DNA of 64,000 nt, taken from assembly GCF_001194135.2 (NCBI RefSeq), contig NC_068983.1, positions 26,580,717 to 26,644,716 on the forward strand. The letters are read 5' to 3'. This document shows positions 51,044 through 64,000 of the stretch, piece after piece. Source of the stretch: Octopus bimaculoides (taxonomy: Eukaryota). The notes beneath the pieces are model-generated. The model was not told where the DNA came from and ran no database searches. It saw nothing but the letters and a program-made list of their open reading frames with translations. Position numbers and translations under genes: made by a program. Every line of letters starts with the position of its first letter. Positions within the stretch are counted from its first letter, which is position 1.

Positions 51044-51894
51044 TTATGTTGATCTCATCTTGGCATTTGTCATACTGTGTGGTGTGAGAATAAGAAAATG
51101 AGTCCGTTGGGAGAGCATCTTTTCCTCATAAAGATCAATAATCTTAACGCTAGTAAATATATATTTCTCTTGAGGCTTCAACTGTGTAATAAACACTTAA
51201 AAGCCCCACAAACTAGTGTTACACTGCTGTAGCTCTATATTTCGCACATCTGCGACAATATAATACAGAACTTTATGTATTATCAAGCACGCGGAAATTA
51301 TGATTATCAGCCTAGCCTGACAGCAATTCTTTTTGAAGTACTTCAAGGCTGCAAAGATTACTGATGTTTGAATCTTCAGGGCAATGGCCTATCATTGAAG
51401 CTATCGGATTATTACATTTCGGACAATTAAATACGGCTAATTTCTTACCTTTAGAAGCTTGCAAAATACACTATCAGGGGAGCAGTTGAGAGTTACTAGT
51501 CCCTTAGTGGGTTCGCTTTTTTGGATTGCCGTATCATCTAAGTCATTAACTTCATTAATCATTATTTTACAATCATGAACAGTTTAGATATCTCTCTCAA
51601 TGTCTTTGTTTCTTTCTTTTTGTTTTTAAACTCATTCATTCTCCCTTTCTTCCTTTTCGTTCTTTCACTAATTCATTCTTTCACTCATTTATTCTCTCGC
51701 TCTTTTACTCTTTCATTCTCTCTGTATTTTAAAGATTTATATTTTCTTGCTTGCTTATCATACTCATCTATGTGCTGGCAATTACTAGATCATCGATGGA
51801 GTCAACAGACGAAGTTTCATGTAGGATGTATGAATGCATGTATTTGTAGTTTATGTGTGTGAGTGTATATATATATATATATGACTACATGTGG

Positions 51895-51947
<53 letters not shown>

Positions 51948-52039
51948 TACATATAATTGGTAATTTAAGTCGGTGAGCGGGTAAATTAATTCTTGCATCT
52001 GACGCAATGCTTAGACAGTTAGCTTCCGGTTCTTTAAGT

Positions 52040-52148
52040 CCTGAAGTGTTTTGCTCAAGAACACAATGCGTTGCCCGGTCTAGGAATCGAAACCACAATC
52101 TCACGATTATGATGCTGACACCCTAACCACTAAGCCATGCGCCTCCAC
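52040..52148 (-). mobile_element. SINE head, family D-like
   Basis: ttgctcaagaacacaatgcg...ggaatcgaaaccac...cctaaccactaagccatgcgcctccac. Confidence 0.7.
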
Positions 52149-52984
52149 ATGAAGTCTCAGACGGCTACGAGAAACTGGATTTCGGTTGGTCAACGCGTGT
52201 CACATGTTGGTATTAGTAGTAAGATGGATATTCAAGGTAAAACACAAAGTCAAGAATGTACAGACTTAAGTTCACCCATCATTCATTAGCTCAGACATAT
52301 CTATACATGCACTTAAATACGTAGGCGAACACATGCGTATGCAATAGTCATTATTGCACGTCTATTTGCAAACATGCATTCATGCAAGTGACACCCAGGC
52401 AGCAGACACACACAGCTGACTCATACACTCACATATTCACGTCTACGTGTACTCGCATATCGCTGATACACTCCCGCACACATTCCATTAAACACGCACA
52501 AAGGCATTTGTTGCCGTCATTATCTCTCACCTACACGTCAGTTGACTCACACTCGTTCTCCACTCTCATACGCACAGAAGATACACACACGCACATAGGT
52601 ATCAGATACCCACATCAACACATTCATACTGCAGTTATGCATAAACACCACCACCACCCACCACACACACACACATTGGCCACGTGTCTAATGTCGTGTA
52701 AGATCCTACAAAAACTGGCCAGAGAGCAAGACGTCACCAGATGTCTCCCAGTCACGCGGTCCACGAACTTTTTGGTTTTAATGCTTTTGTTGCAGAAGAA
52801 TGTCGATCTCACTTGAAATAAATAATAAACTGTGAACGTTCTGACCAGTAGCAATCCGGTTTTCAGTAACCATCTTGCAATTCCTGCATTTCTTCATTCA
52901 GCAGAGCTTGAGGAGTTAGGTTGCAGTAAGAAGCCTACGAAGTCACATGAGCTCAAAAAAAACAACAAAAAAACAAAAACAAAC

Positions 52985-53097
52985 ATTGAGTATGAAAGGT
53001 AAAGTCGACGTTGGTGAAATTTGAAATCAGAACACGTGAAGAGGGACGAACGTTGCTAAGCATTGTGCCTGGCGTACTAATAATACTGCCAGTCCAC
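52985..53097 (-). mobile_element. SINE family A fragment
   Basis: atgaaaggtaaagtcgac...atttgaaatcagaac...gctaagcatt...ggcgtactaa...ctgccag. Confidence 0.65.
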
Positions 53098-53153
53098 TAA
53101 CTGCTGCTGTTGTTGTTGTTGGTGATGATGGTGGTCGTTGTACGTATGTATAC

Positions 53154-53185
<32 letters not shown>

Positions 53186-54180
53186 ACCAACCCTAATAGA
53201 GTTGTTCAGTATCACTATCATCACATCAGCTCACGTGGTTATCGGCTGTTTTTGAAACGCTTGACGCCCTAGATCAAGTCCTTACAATAACACACACAAA
53301 CACATGCATACATAAACCTATGTATATACGTATCTGTCTATCCATCTATCTATCTATCTATCTATCTATATATATATATATATATGTAGCATAATAAACT
53401 TGGAAATGTTTCAGTGGAATAATTTCTAATGAATATTTTATGTTCATTAGAAAAATGGCATAGCAATTAAAAGATTGGCCTGTGAAGTGTGAAGATGGTT
53501 TTCTCTACATGATTTCCGTTTACTTAGTGAAATATTATTGATGTGTATGTAATGTTTTATAGAATAAAAGGATGTTTTTCAATAAAAATATATAATTACT
53601 GTATGTAAATATTTACTTCAGTATGTTGACTAGAAATAATTTTCGATCCGTGCCGAATTTCATTTTTCCAGATTCATATAAATATGTATTGTTACTAAAG
53701 TATGTTAGATAAATAATTCTACTCCCAAATCAATAGCAAATTAAAAAGAAACTTTGAACACAGAATATAGAAACGTCGATAATAAACAAATTATATATGT
53801 AAGACAGATTTATCTTCATCTGCATCTATCACACTATTCTATCTATTTATGTACACGTCCTTACATATTCACAAACACACATGCCCATACATACATAAAT
53901 ACATACATACATGCATGCATGCGTACAGACAGATAGACTGACAGGTATTTGCATCCATACATATGTGTGCATGTGAGTGTGTATGCACGTGCGTTTGTGT
54001 GTCTGTATGCATGTGTATATCAGCTACAATTCCTACATCTATAGATATTTCAGCAAATAAATTATGGATGTTCTATGGATTACGCATATTTTCTATTTCC
54101 TTCGATTGCAAATGCTAATCTATCTATCTATCTATCTATACATACATACATACATACATACATACACACACACACATACA

Positions 54181-54214
<34 letters not shown>

Positions 54215-54223
54215 CTACAATAT

Positions 54224-54603
54224 TTTTTACTTGTTTCACTCATTTGGGTGCGGACATGCGGGAGCACCGCCTTTAGACGAGCAAATCGAACCCAGGACTT
54301 ATTCTTTGTACTTATTCTATTGGTCACTTAACCCGATCTGCTAAGTTACGGGAACGTATACACACCATCATCGGTTGTTAAGCGATGTTGGGGGGACAAG
54401 CACAGACATACAAACATACACACACACATACATATATATATACATATATACAATGGGCTCCTTTCAGTTTCCGTCTACGAAATCCACTCAAAAGGCCCGA
54501 GGCTATAGTAGAAGACACTTACCCAAGGTCCCATGCAGTGGGACTGAACCCGGAACCATTTGGTTGTTAAACAAGCTACTTACCACACAGCCACTCCTGC
54601 GCA
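54224..54603 (-). mobile_element. SINE family C, full length
   Basis: Reverse complement of 18261-18682. Confidence 0.9.
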
Positions 54604-55001
54604 TATATGTGTATATGCGTGTGCATGGGTGTGTGTGTTTGACGTAAATGTGGATTGGTTAATATCTAGATGTATTCCTTATGTCATACACAATTAGGCC
54701 ATCTGGTTATTTGGAAATTGACATTCGATAGTTATAAAATTAATAGCCACCTGGTATAGGAATCCTACGTAGTACTCAATGTGTAAATGTTATATAGAGT
54801 TACATTATAGAAGGAATCGATATAGCATAAATTTGGTATTGGTTACCATACAACCATTTCAGTGATATTCCGCTTCGAACCACATTACATATATGTACAT
54901 GATTATGTTTGTCTTTTGCAGGGTATCCGCATAAATGTATACATGTATGAATAGCATGGTATGAGGCTTCATAATTTTACCAGTACTTGTTATTAAGTAT
55001 A

Positions 55002-55544
55002 AAGGGTGTCCCGTTCAAATTGACATCATTCGGGAATCTATTAATCTATTAACATAGCAAATTCTCGCTCAAATCAACTGAAATTTTAACAAAATGTTTA
55101 AAAACGAAGTTTTTAACGGGTGAGCCTGTAATGGTGGCATAGTGCTGTTGAAATGGCGACTACGTTCACTTGACTGAACACCTTGTGATTTTTTTCTCTA
55201 TGAGGCTATATGAAAGGGCTGGTTTATACCCCACCCCTCTTCCTACAAGCCAAGAGGAAAGGAAGTGTACAATCACTGAGGTGCCACTGAATGCTACACG
55301 AGATACTCTACAGCGTCTTTGACAGGTACTGAACTACCGACTTGACGTGTGTCTTGTCACAGGCATTGCAGATATTGAACATTTGTGAAGCGTTGTGAAA
55401 TCGGTAATACAATCTACGTCCCTCTGACTCTTTTGATCGGATTTCATTCATTTCTTCTGACAGTTATTCAACATGAAGCCTATTTAATTTCGTTTGCCAC
55501 AGACATGTAGTTACTCAGATATACAATTACGGAGAAACACTTTG
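55002..55544 (+). mobile_element. Tc1/mariner-superfamily deletion derivative (rosa/DD41D-like C-terminus)
   Basis: Starts TA|aagggtgtcccg. Peptide KWRLRSLD*TPCDFFL../GYMKGLVYTPP.../DTLQRL*QVLNYRLDVCLVTGIADIEHL* fits WPPRSPDLTPCDFFLWG...YRLDVC...IEHL. The right TIR is weak. Confidence 0.7.
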
Positions 55545-55639
55545 TATTTTAATCTATTTTTTTCGCGGTCTGTATGTATGAATCTTACATTATAAAAATA
55601 ATAACATTAGTAATAACAGTAATAATCATAAGAAGAAAG

Positions 55640-55960
55640 GAACATCATACCATGTGTTGAGAGGAATTTGGGGGCTTTGGACAATTCGTATCTGGAAGCA
55701 TGGGTGTTTTGTTGAACATCCCGAAACAACCCTTATTCAGTGATCTTTTGAGCGGGATGGGCAACTCGGCCTGAACAAAATTATAATTGGGGCCAACCTG
55801 CTAGGTCATGCACTGTTTATCTTGGTGTGAGAGCATCATACCACGCGCATATGTTTGTGATGCATGTGTCTGGTGTACTCTTATCAGACGTGTGGTAATG
55901 ATAGGTATATTTTACCACATTGTCACATTAACAGTGTGCACTACTCTCTCACTCAATAAG
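55640..55960 (+). repeat. Unclassified repeat-like segment ending in an (AAT)n tail, probably a non-LTR 3' UTR
   Basis: Higher GC than its flanks and runs straight into the AAT tract. No coding motif seen and no second copy in the window. Confidence 0.35.
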
Positions 55961-55962
55961 AA

Positions 55963-56013
<51 letters not shown>

Positions 56014-56015
<2 letters not shown>

Positions 56016-56310
56016 TTACTACCTAGCTCAGATACCAGGAAACCCCAAAATGGCTGAAGTTCAAAAGATAGTGCTCATGGGAACTGCCCATATCCTACGT
56101 AAAATACTGTCTATGTGATCTCAAATTTTAAAGCAAACACATAATTTTCTTATGGTTTCTTAGACATTCACTTGAACAAAACTGTACAAATCCAAATATA
56201 TGGTACCCTAGGCATAACACCTACATGAACTTCTAACTTGTTGTCTCTTGAGGTCTCTGGGTGAGACTTGGATCCAACTTGTACAAATGCAAAACAAAAG
56301 TCAAACATTA
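56014..56310 (+). mobile_element. R4/Dong-like (RLE-clade) non-LTR 3' end, copy 1
   Basis: YLAQIPGNPKMAEVQKIVLMGTAHILRKILSM* at 56020-56118, then a 3' UTR. (AAT)n on both sides. Confidence 0.8.
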
Positions 56311-56322
56311 AATAATAATAAT

Positions 56323-56855
<533 letters not shown>

Positions 56856-56944
56856 TATAACTGAATAATAATAATAATAATAATAATAAAAATAATAATA
56901 ATAACAAAAACAACCACAATTATTATTATTTCAAATTTTACCAC

Positions 56945-57085
56945 AGGGCAAAGAAATTTTGTGGAAGATGGTTAGTTGATTTCATCGATTCTAGCTCTCA
57001 CCTTATACTTATTTTATCGACACGAAAAGGATGAAATACAAAGTCTATCTCAGAACGTAAAGACGGACGAAATACTACTTTAATA
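56945..57085 (-). mobile_element. SINE family A fragment
   Basis: cttattttatcgacacgaaaaggatgaaatacaaagtc...cagaacgtaaagacggacgaaatac. Confidence 0.65.
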
Positions 57086-57293
57086 AATTGAAGTTCTTCC
57101 GTTCCTGTTAAATACTTGTGATGAACCTGTATACATTTGTGTATGTATGTAAATATGATAACTTTTTTCACGCACGTATATACATACAAATACAGAGATA
57201 CAGACACACTTACATACACATACACATACACATGCATATAGAGAGAGAGGGGGAGAGAGAAAGAAAGAATGAGACACTGGGGCGTGATAATGT

Positions 57294-57391
57294 TCGACCT
57301 CGGCGGAATTTGAACTCAGAACTTAGTGGCAGACGAAATACCGCTAAGCACTTCACCCGGCGTGCTAACGTTTCTGCCAGCTCACCGCCTT
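57294..57391 (-). mobile_element. SINE family A head, well preserved
   Basis: Minus strand aaggcggtgagctggcagaaacgttagcacgccggg...gttctgagttcaaattccgccgaggtcga with A-like and B-like boxes. Confidence 0.85.
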
Positions 57392-58948
57392 ATTGCTAAA
57401 GTTTCTTATTTTTTTATTCTTACTTAAATAAAATAGGCAGGAGTATCCCACCCTGGAAGTGAAAGGGGTGAACTCGATATTTTAACAAACACTTATGCTG
57501 ATAATCATGTTAATGATATCCCCCCACCCCTTCCACAAACAAATGATTATCTTCATCGGCTTATACTTTACGCCTATTTAGGCAGGTATTCATTATATCA
57601 TTATATCATTGTATTGAATTTTTACAGTTTTAGATATTGTAGAAAGGAAGGATTAGAAGATTGATTGTTAAAATCAAAACTAAATCTCATAAAGAACTAG
57701 CGCCTTATGCGTAATAAAATCAATTCATACATTCCCAAACACAAAAGCACACAAATACAGGCATTAATATATACATGCACATAATCACACTGACATAAAC
57801 TTCGACATGCACTTAAGTTCATACATAAATGCATTTTATACGTTTTGCACATTTGCAACAGAACAAGCAAAACCAGCAATCTTTGAAAATACGATGGAAT
57901 AAATATAATGATGCTGGACATACATAAAGATTATTCGATTATGAAAGACATTTTAGAAAATTCTATCGAAACAACTATATATTTTCTACTTTTATTTTAG
58001 TTTTTCTTCAGAAATTAACTGTCAGACAATAGATTAAAACATGTTTTGGGAATTGGGGAATTTGAACAACGTGTCTTTAAGCCATTTTATAGTGCAAATA
58101 TAATTACCGCTTAGAAGGAAATAAAACAAAAACTACAACGAAAGGTCTCAGTTCATTGACTTCTTTATCTAATCTCATCAACTTCAGAAGAATATAATCA
58201 TTCATCTTAAATGATGTCTGAGTATACTCCTGATCATTGAATACAGAGAATCCTTTGATGTGCAGTACATTGGCAACATACAGACTTTGAAGTTTTAATG
58301 AACACTATGTTTTGTGTGAACATGGCACACATGGACCAAAATATATTTTCCTATAGAAAACATCTATAACTTCTAAGTATCAGTTGGCTGTAACTTGTTA
58401 AAAATGCAAGGAAAATTGTTTTTATACTAACTATGAAAATCAGACTTAAATCGAATTTGCGGTACGAAAATCATTCGAATGACTAACTTCGTTCTGTTTT
58501 TATAAGTTTAACCTGCTAAGGGACACGATTTTCTAGTTCAAAATTACTTTGAGCTGAAATACGTTGTAATATTTTCTATCTATTTAACTAAGTTTAAGTA
58601 TTATCTTGAAGTTTTCAAATACATTAATGTCAATTTGTCTTGCGGAACAAAGGAAAAAGTAACAATTCTCCATGCGCATAAAATTTATTGCACACAATCT
58701 TCTTTTTCTTTTGTCAGAATTCCTTATATAATACCAGTTCAGTCGGTGCCTGCGTACATAATTCAAAAAGTATTAAAAGAAGAAAAAATTAAACATATTA
58801 TCCTCCGAGAAAAATTTGCAAGTCAGTAAATATTATAATTTTTCATTTCTGACACAAGTACGTGAAAGAAATCTGGAGAAGTTTATAACTTATTTCACAA
58901 TCACCAGCAGTGTACGGAAATATCAGGTCATCGCATAATCATCAGGAG

Positions 58949-59017
<69 letters not shown>
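58949..59017 (+). repeat. (ATT)n microsatellite
   Basis: Directly visible. Confidence 0.97.
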
Positions 59018-59020
<3 letters not shown>

Positions 59021-59249
59021 TAGTTTTATATTTATAANNNNNNNNNNNNNNNNNNNNNNNNNNNNNNNNNNNNNNNNNNNNNNNNNNNNNNNNNNNNNNN
59101 NNNNNNNNNNNNNNNNNNNNNNNNNNNNNNNNNNNNNNNNNNNNNNNNNNNNNNNNNNNNNNNNNNNNNNNNNNNNNNNNNNNNNNNNNNNNNNNNNNNN
59201 NNNNNNNNNNNNNNNNNNNNNNNNNNNNNNNNNNNNNNNNNNNNNNNNC

Positions 59250-59387
59250 TTAAAAAAATTATCTTCGTTAAAAGACCGCTTCCTTCAAATCTTCCACCGG
59301 TTCTTTTGGCTAATTCCATCGATGTTACTGGATTAGATATGTTTTTGTATAGGGAGCCCGGTGTAGCACATCCATGTTGTTATTCAG

Positions 59388-59418
<31 letters not shown>

Positions 59419-59750
59419 GCACAATCAACATAAATGAACTTGTATAGGACTTTCAACTGCTTTTAACATCCAGAAGCACGACTTAACGTGGAATACCACT
59501 TCTCATTAAGCACTGACATTTCCGATGGAGGAATGCATCCTCTGTGCCGTCCGATGGCACTGCTGTATCACGTCATTCCACAGTTTTATGGGGTATTCAC
59601 AGATATCACAACCTCGTACCGATCAACATATTGGAAATCAATCTTATGAATATAGCATACAATGACCAAACAGCCAGTGTTGTCGCAAAAATCCGGTTGA
59701 CTACAAACGGATTTGCCTTCAGCGACAGCAGCTGTATTTGTAAAGAACGG
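59250..59750 (-). mobile_element. Possible decayed piggyBac transposase C-terminal fragment
   Basis: Short ordered matches across frameshifts: DN...VDRY...V..P, VIQQ...RMHSSIG, KWYSTL, ...RFEG. They loosely follow PGBD3-like DN...SRY...P..I..YN..MGGVDR..IRGKKWYS, but the GGVD motif itself is absent. Confidence 0.35.
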
Positions 59751-59948
59751 TATTAGAGGTATTTCAACTGCCATTACGCTCTGAGTTCAAATTCCACCGA
59801 GGTCGACTTTGTCCTTCATCCTTTCGGGGTCGATAAATTAAGTACCAGTGACGCACTGGTGTCGATGTAATCGACTTAATCCTTTTGTCTGTCCCTGTTT
59901 GTCCCCGCTATGTTTAGCTCCTTGTGGGCAATAAAAAAAATAAGAAAC
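59751..59948 (+). mobile_element. SINE family A, 5'-truncated, with tail
   Basis: ctctgagttcaaattccaccgaggtcgactttgtccttcatcctttcggggtcgataaattaagtaccag... Confidence 0.85.
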
Positions 59949-59956
59949 TTTAGCAA

Positions 59957-60075
59957 TAAGGCGTCGAGCTGGCAGAAACGTTAGCACGCTGGGCGAAGTG
60001 CTTAGCGGTATTTCGTTTACCGTTACGTTCTGAGTTAAAGTTCTGCCGAGGTCGACTTTGCCTTTCATCCTTTCG
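59957..60075 (+). mobile_element. SINE family A head, 3'-truncated
   Basis: aaggcgtcgagctggcagaaacgttagcacg...gaggtcgactttgcctttcatcctttcg. Confidence 0.85.
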
Positions 60076-62916
60076 TGTTCTAATCCAAAATAATTACACG
60101 TGTTTGAGTATATCACCTGCTGTACTTCAGAGAAACAATTTTATGTTGAAACACGAAAGACGATTAGGTTACATAATTCCATCTTCTATACTATTACGTT
60201 AAATAATACGAATAATTTGTTGTAATTACATTACAGGAAGGCTAAAATAATTAGCATTGCGTAAGAAATTATTTTTAAGTCACTAGTACATCGTTGGGTT
60301 TCAGTTGGATGCTATATTTAGTTGCACTTTCCTCGGCGTAGCATGCTATTTATATTTCCTCAGTCCCAAAAGGAACAAACTCAAAGAAGAAGCGAGCGGA
60401 ATTCGGCTCAGGACGTGAAGAGCTAGAATTAATAACGCATATCTATTTCTTCGGCACTTTAACGATTTTCTCAGTTCGATAACTTATTCTGGGTTGAGTG
60501 CAATACTGTGGCCATGTGTAAAATCATTATAGAAACTGAAACTATCTATATAAACAAAGTTTATTAGGAAAAAATATGGCATCACATGTCAGTATTAATC
60601 TCTCGGCGAAACGAATCTGCTTAAATCAGTATAAACCTGTTTGGAACCACTTTACGTAATAACATCAACTTTGGATATCTGTCAAATGTTACGACTTTTT
60701 AATTCACTTCCACTAAACATTCCAAGATTTGTGCAAGTATATGGCATTTTTGGTGAATATAATTATGTTTCCTTGCAACGATTAGAAGTTTAGCGTAAGA
60801 AGATAAAATCGTTCTACACAATTTTAATGCGTCATTTATAGCAATCTCCACTGCAGAGATTATTTCAATATTTGATGCAGAATTAGCAAGCATTTATAAA
60901 ATAATTAAAGACGTAATTTCACTGATATTGGAATACTATTCCGAAGCCATTCACATATAGTTTCAGAATAGTGAACGTGGCTAATAAAGGTTTTTCACTC
61001 TCTTATGATTTTCTTTAACAATTCCGTATTTAGACGCAAGTAACGTTGTGCTAGGAATACAATTAATTAACACTTTCAAGATAGTTAAAAATAGGAAAGG
61101 ATGTATTATATTTCGATGGGAGTAAATTTAGCTTATGTTAGATGCAAAATTAAAGTAAGATATTTCTTCCTTATTTTAAACGCACCATCTGGTTATTATG
61201 TGTGTTTACGGATTTTCCACTCTTGTGTGTATTCTGAGTAGATCTAGGGCTGTGAAAGTAACTAAATAGCCTCCTGGTTTCTGCTTTTTTAATAACGGCT
61301 GAGTCGAAGTTCATTTTCTCTCTTCTCCACTAATTTCCGACTCCTCATTGACGTGTGATAGCTTTTGATCCAACCACTCACTATATGCCATGGAATTACA
61401 TAAAATCCTACTCTCTCTTTTTCGAATTTCTGTTTGAACTCTCAGATTTTATTTCATTTCTTGTGAATCTGGAGTAATGAGTTACCGCAGGTCTTCTTAT
61501 ACGAAATTGACGTCATTATTCTTCAGTTCGAGTCCATGTATCCCAACGTTTAGAAAACATGGAAACAGTGTGGATTATCCAGATAACAGGTAATCCTAGC
61601 TATCAGGTCAAGCACTAGGGTTCTGGATACAGTAAATTTGATGGAAGGAAAAAGAGTAGCAAGGTGAGAATGCTAAAGAATGGGATATGGCATGAGAGCA
61701 AAACCCATTCTAATTGTGACATAAATTTTAGAGAACAGAAACAGTGCGGTTATATGGCAAAAGGCCGAAGTCCATCCTTGGGTGGATTTATCCCAAAAAG
61801 CCCAGGGGCTATTTTTGGAGGCAGTGTAATGTATAAGTTTCTAGTATAACTGCAGCGATACAGTTGTCTAAGTGACCCTCAAATTTGTTTTATTGTTTTT
61901 TTTTTTCAATTTCCATTTGAACAAACTTAACCGAACTAAGAAAGTTTGTATATAACTAACAAAATATTTATGAGGGAATGTGTTTTCTTTCATATCCTTG
62001 GAGTTACAGAAAATTATGTTACAATTAACATCTGATTTCTTACAAATCCCTCATGCGGAATATACAGCTCATTTGAAAATATGTGACATTCGCTAAATTA
62101 AGATATGGCATAATGAAGTAACCTAGACTCTAGTCATTATCACTTCAACTAAAAATATATTTTACATCAAGATGATAATTTCTAAACAGAATGAATTAAT
62201 GCTTTACATGAGCACCACTTATAAAAACTTTTACGAATATTATAAATAAAACAGAAAAATGTAAATTGTATGACTATTTTTTCGTTCATTATTTAAAATT
62301 CAACCTTTTAAGTCCACTAGAAGACGTGATTATCTTCCTTCAAATAGTTGACACCATTAGGAGAGCCGCGTGTATTTGAAATTGTCTAGATGTATTTTCA
62401 TAAAAACGTTCTATTGAAAATTCTGACGATGATTAAAGCGCTTGTGTTTATGAACACATCTTTTCTTCTTTACATTTACGAAGAATTGCCACTAACAGAT
62501 AACAGCTTGGATCAAATGCCTACACCTCAAAGAATACATCGAAAAACGGCTTGTGATGTTCTGTGTAGTTAAAACCAAAATTGCTAGCTGCTATAAAACA
62601 TTTCCACAAGGTAAAATTATCTATTTTGAGATTGTCAAAAATCCCTGTACAGAATCATAGATTACGAATAGAGTATTTTGTAGATTCTGCATGAAGTACT
62701 GTCCAGGTTGCGGTATCAGTGAAATTGGTTAACTGCATTATTTCAAACTTTAGGTTTTGCCCCGAAAATAGGAACATTATTATTTTCCCCCTAAATGTTG
62801 GATTTGCAGAGTCGTTAGAATGTCTGACAATGCTTTTCAGCAACACTTTCAGTCCCATGTGTTCCGAGTTCACTCTCAAATTCCATGTCTACGCTTTTCC
62901 AGAAAATGCTAACTAT

Positions 62917-63352
62917 AGGCGCAGGCGTGACTGTGTAGTAATAAGTTTGCTTCCCAACCACATTGTTCCGGGTTTAGTCCCAATGCGTGGAACATTAAGC
63001 AAGTAACTTCTACTATAGCATCGAGCCGACCAAAGCCTTGTGCGTGAGGTTTGTGAGACAGAAATGAAAGATGTCCATCGTATATGTGTGTGAGTGTGGG
63101 TGTATTTATCTTTGTGTATATTTATGCGTGTGTGCATTTGTGTTTGCGTTTGTCCTCCACCATCGCTTGACAACTGATGTTGATGTGTTTGTGTACTCGT
63201 AATTCAGCGCTTCGGGAATGAGAGTGATAGACCAAGTACTACGCATCCAATGAATAAGTCCTGGGATCGATTTGTTTAGTAAATACTCTTTAAGGCGGTG
63301 CTCCTGCATGGTCGCAGTCAAATGAGTGAAACAATTAAAAGAATAAAAGAAT
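62917..63352 (+). mobile_element. SINE family C, full length, more diverged
   Basis: Collinear with 18261-18682 and ends in a (AATAAAAG)n-type tail. Confidence 0.85.
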
Positions 63353-63354
63353 AT

Positions 63355-64000
63355 GTACAAGATTTAAGCTGCTTCTCATTTTCCGCATCAAGCTCTATGT
63401 CATCCATAATAAGGAGACTTTATTTCACCATATTCTTTTCTCCAGGCCATAAGCTATTTTAATTTCTCGTAATATCAAAATGAGTGTTAACAAGGCCAAT
63501 ACAAATAATAGCAGCGATAAGCTATCACTTTGAAACATACCTCGACTGATGTTCAATTTTCCAATGTCGCTTTCTTCCTATCAATTCAGTATACTAATTT
63601 TTCATACTTTCCTTTGCCATTTTCTCCATATTTTCTGCCACACCAAACATGTGAATTGGTTAACTTATCCAACTGCACGGTACCATGCCATATGACTTCT
63701 GTAATCCAACCATGCTATATTCAATCTGGGTCTACATTTATCATTCTTCAACTAGTAAGTGGTCATTTGTTGCTATACTCTAGTTTCGGTACACTCTCTA
63801 TTCTACTAGAATAGTAAAATAATTACTTAACTTTTCCGCCAAAAGCTAAGCTTCCACTTAAACAGCCGACAGCTCGAAATTTTGTTATCAGTTTTCTTTT
63901 CAAGGTGCCCTTCAGACATAGCAACATCCGTCCACTTGTCGTGAACCTTCTGCAGGCATTCATCCAGTTATGCAGCGATCCTTTCATGCTACAGTGTAAA
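63355..64000 (-). mobile_element. R4/Dong-like non-LTR reverse transcriptase fragment, running off the window end
   Basis: With frameshifts: LNIAWLDYR../YGMVPCSWI...MFGVAENM...SMKN*YTEL...ISRGMFQSDSLSLLLFVLAL...MDDIEL..ENEKQLKSL. This fits the RLE-clade RT motifs WIDYxKAYDxVPHSW, GIFQGDSLSPLLF and FMDDLKL. Confidence 0.88.

Noticed and set aside
60560-60900. GPCR-like words (YAKLLIVARKH, TFDRY) on the minus strand
   Set aside because: The motifs are in the wrong order (TM5-like before TM3-like) and are interrupted by stops.
61491-61589. AG...GT-bounded 99-nt open segment on the plus strand
   Set aside because: No recognisable product or partner exon, and such segments are common by chance.

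Overview
This is AT-rich, microsatellite-dense eukaryotic DNA from a gapped short-read assembly; nearly every N gap sits against an (AT)n, (AC)n, (AAG)n or (ATT)n tract. The repeat families look like those of a coleoid cephalopod, most likely Octopus (inferred from remembered repeat motifs, not from a search). No complete protein-coding gene is supported. Almost all entries in the ORF track are gap, microsatellite or chance ORFs. The best host-gene candidate is one possible terminal exon at 4934-5150 (-). The window is mostly transposon debris: Helitron remnants (one with its 3' hairpin and CTRR end), CR1/L2-type, RTE and R4/Dong-type LINE fragments, Penelope-like (GIY-YIG) elements, Tc1/mariner elements (including a DD37D maT copy with both TIRs), hAT and pogo MITEs, and four or five tRNA-derived SINE families. 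The most interesting signal is RNA structure. There are two intact-looking minimal hammerhead ribozymes and three decayed ones. One intact copy (25641-25682) sits at the tip of a long foldback inside a ~345-bp element with inverted ends. One Penelope-like copy has a tRNA-like Pol III promoter between its endonuclease and its hammerhead, plus a twin-priming-like inversion. A chain of retroelement 3' ends is stacked in one (AAT)n tract at 55.6-56.9 kb. All alignments and foldings were done by eye.
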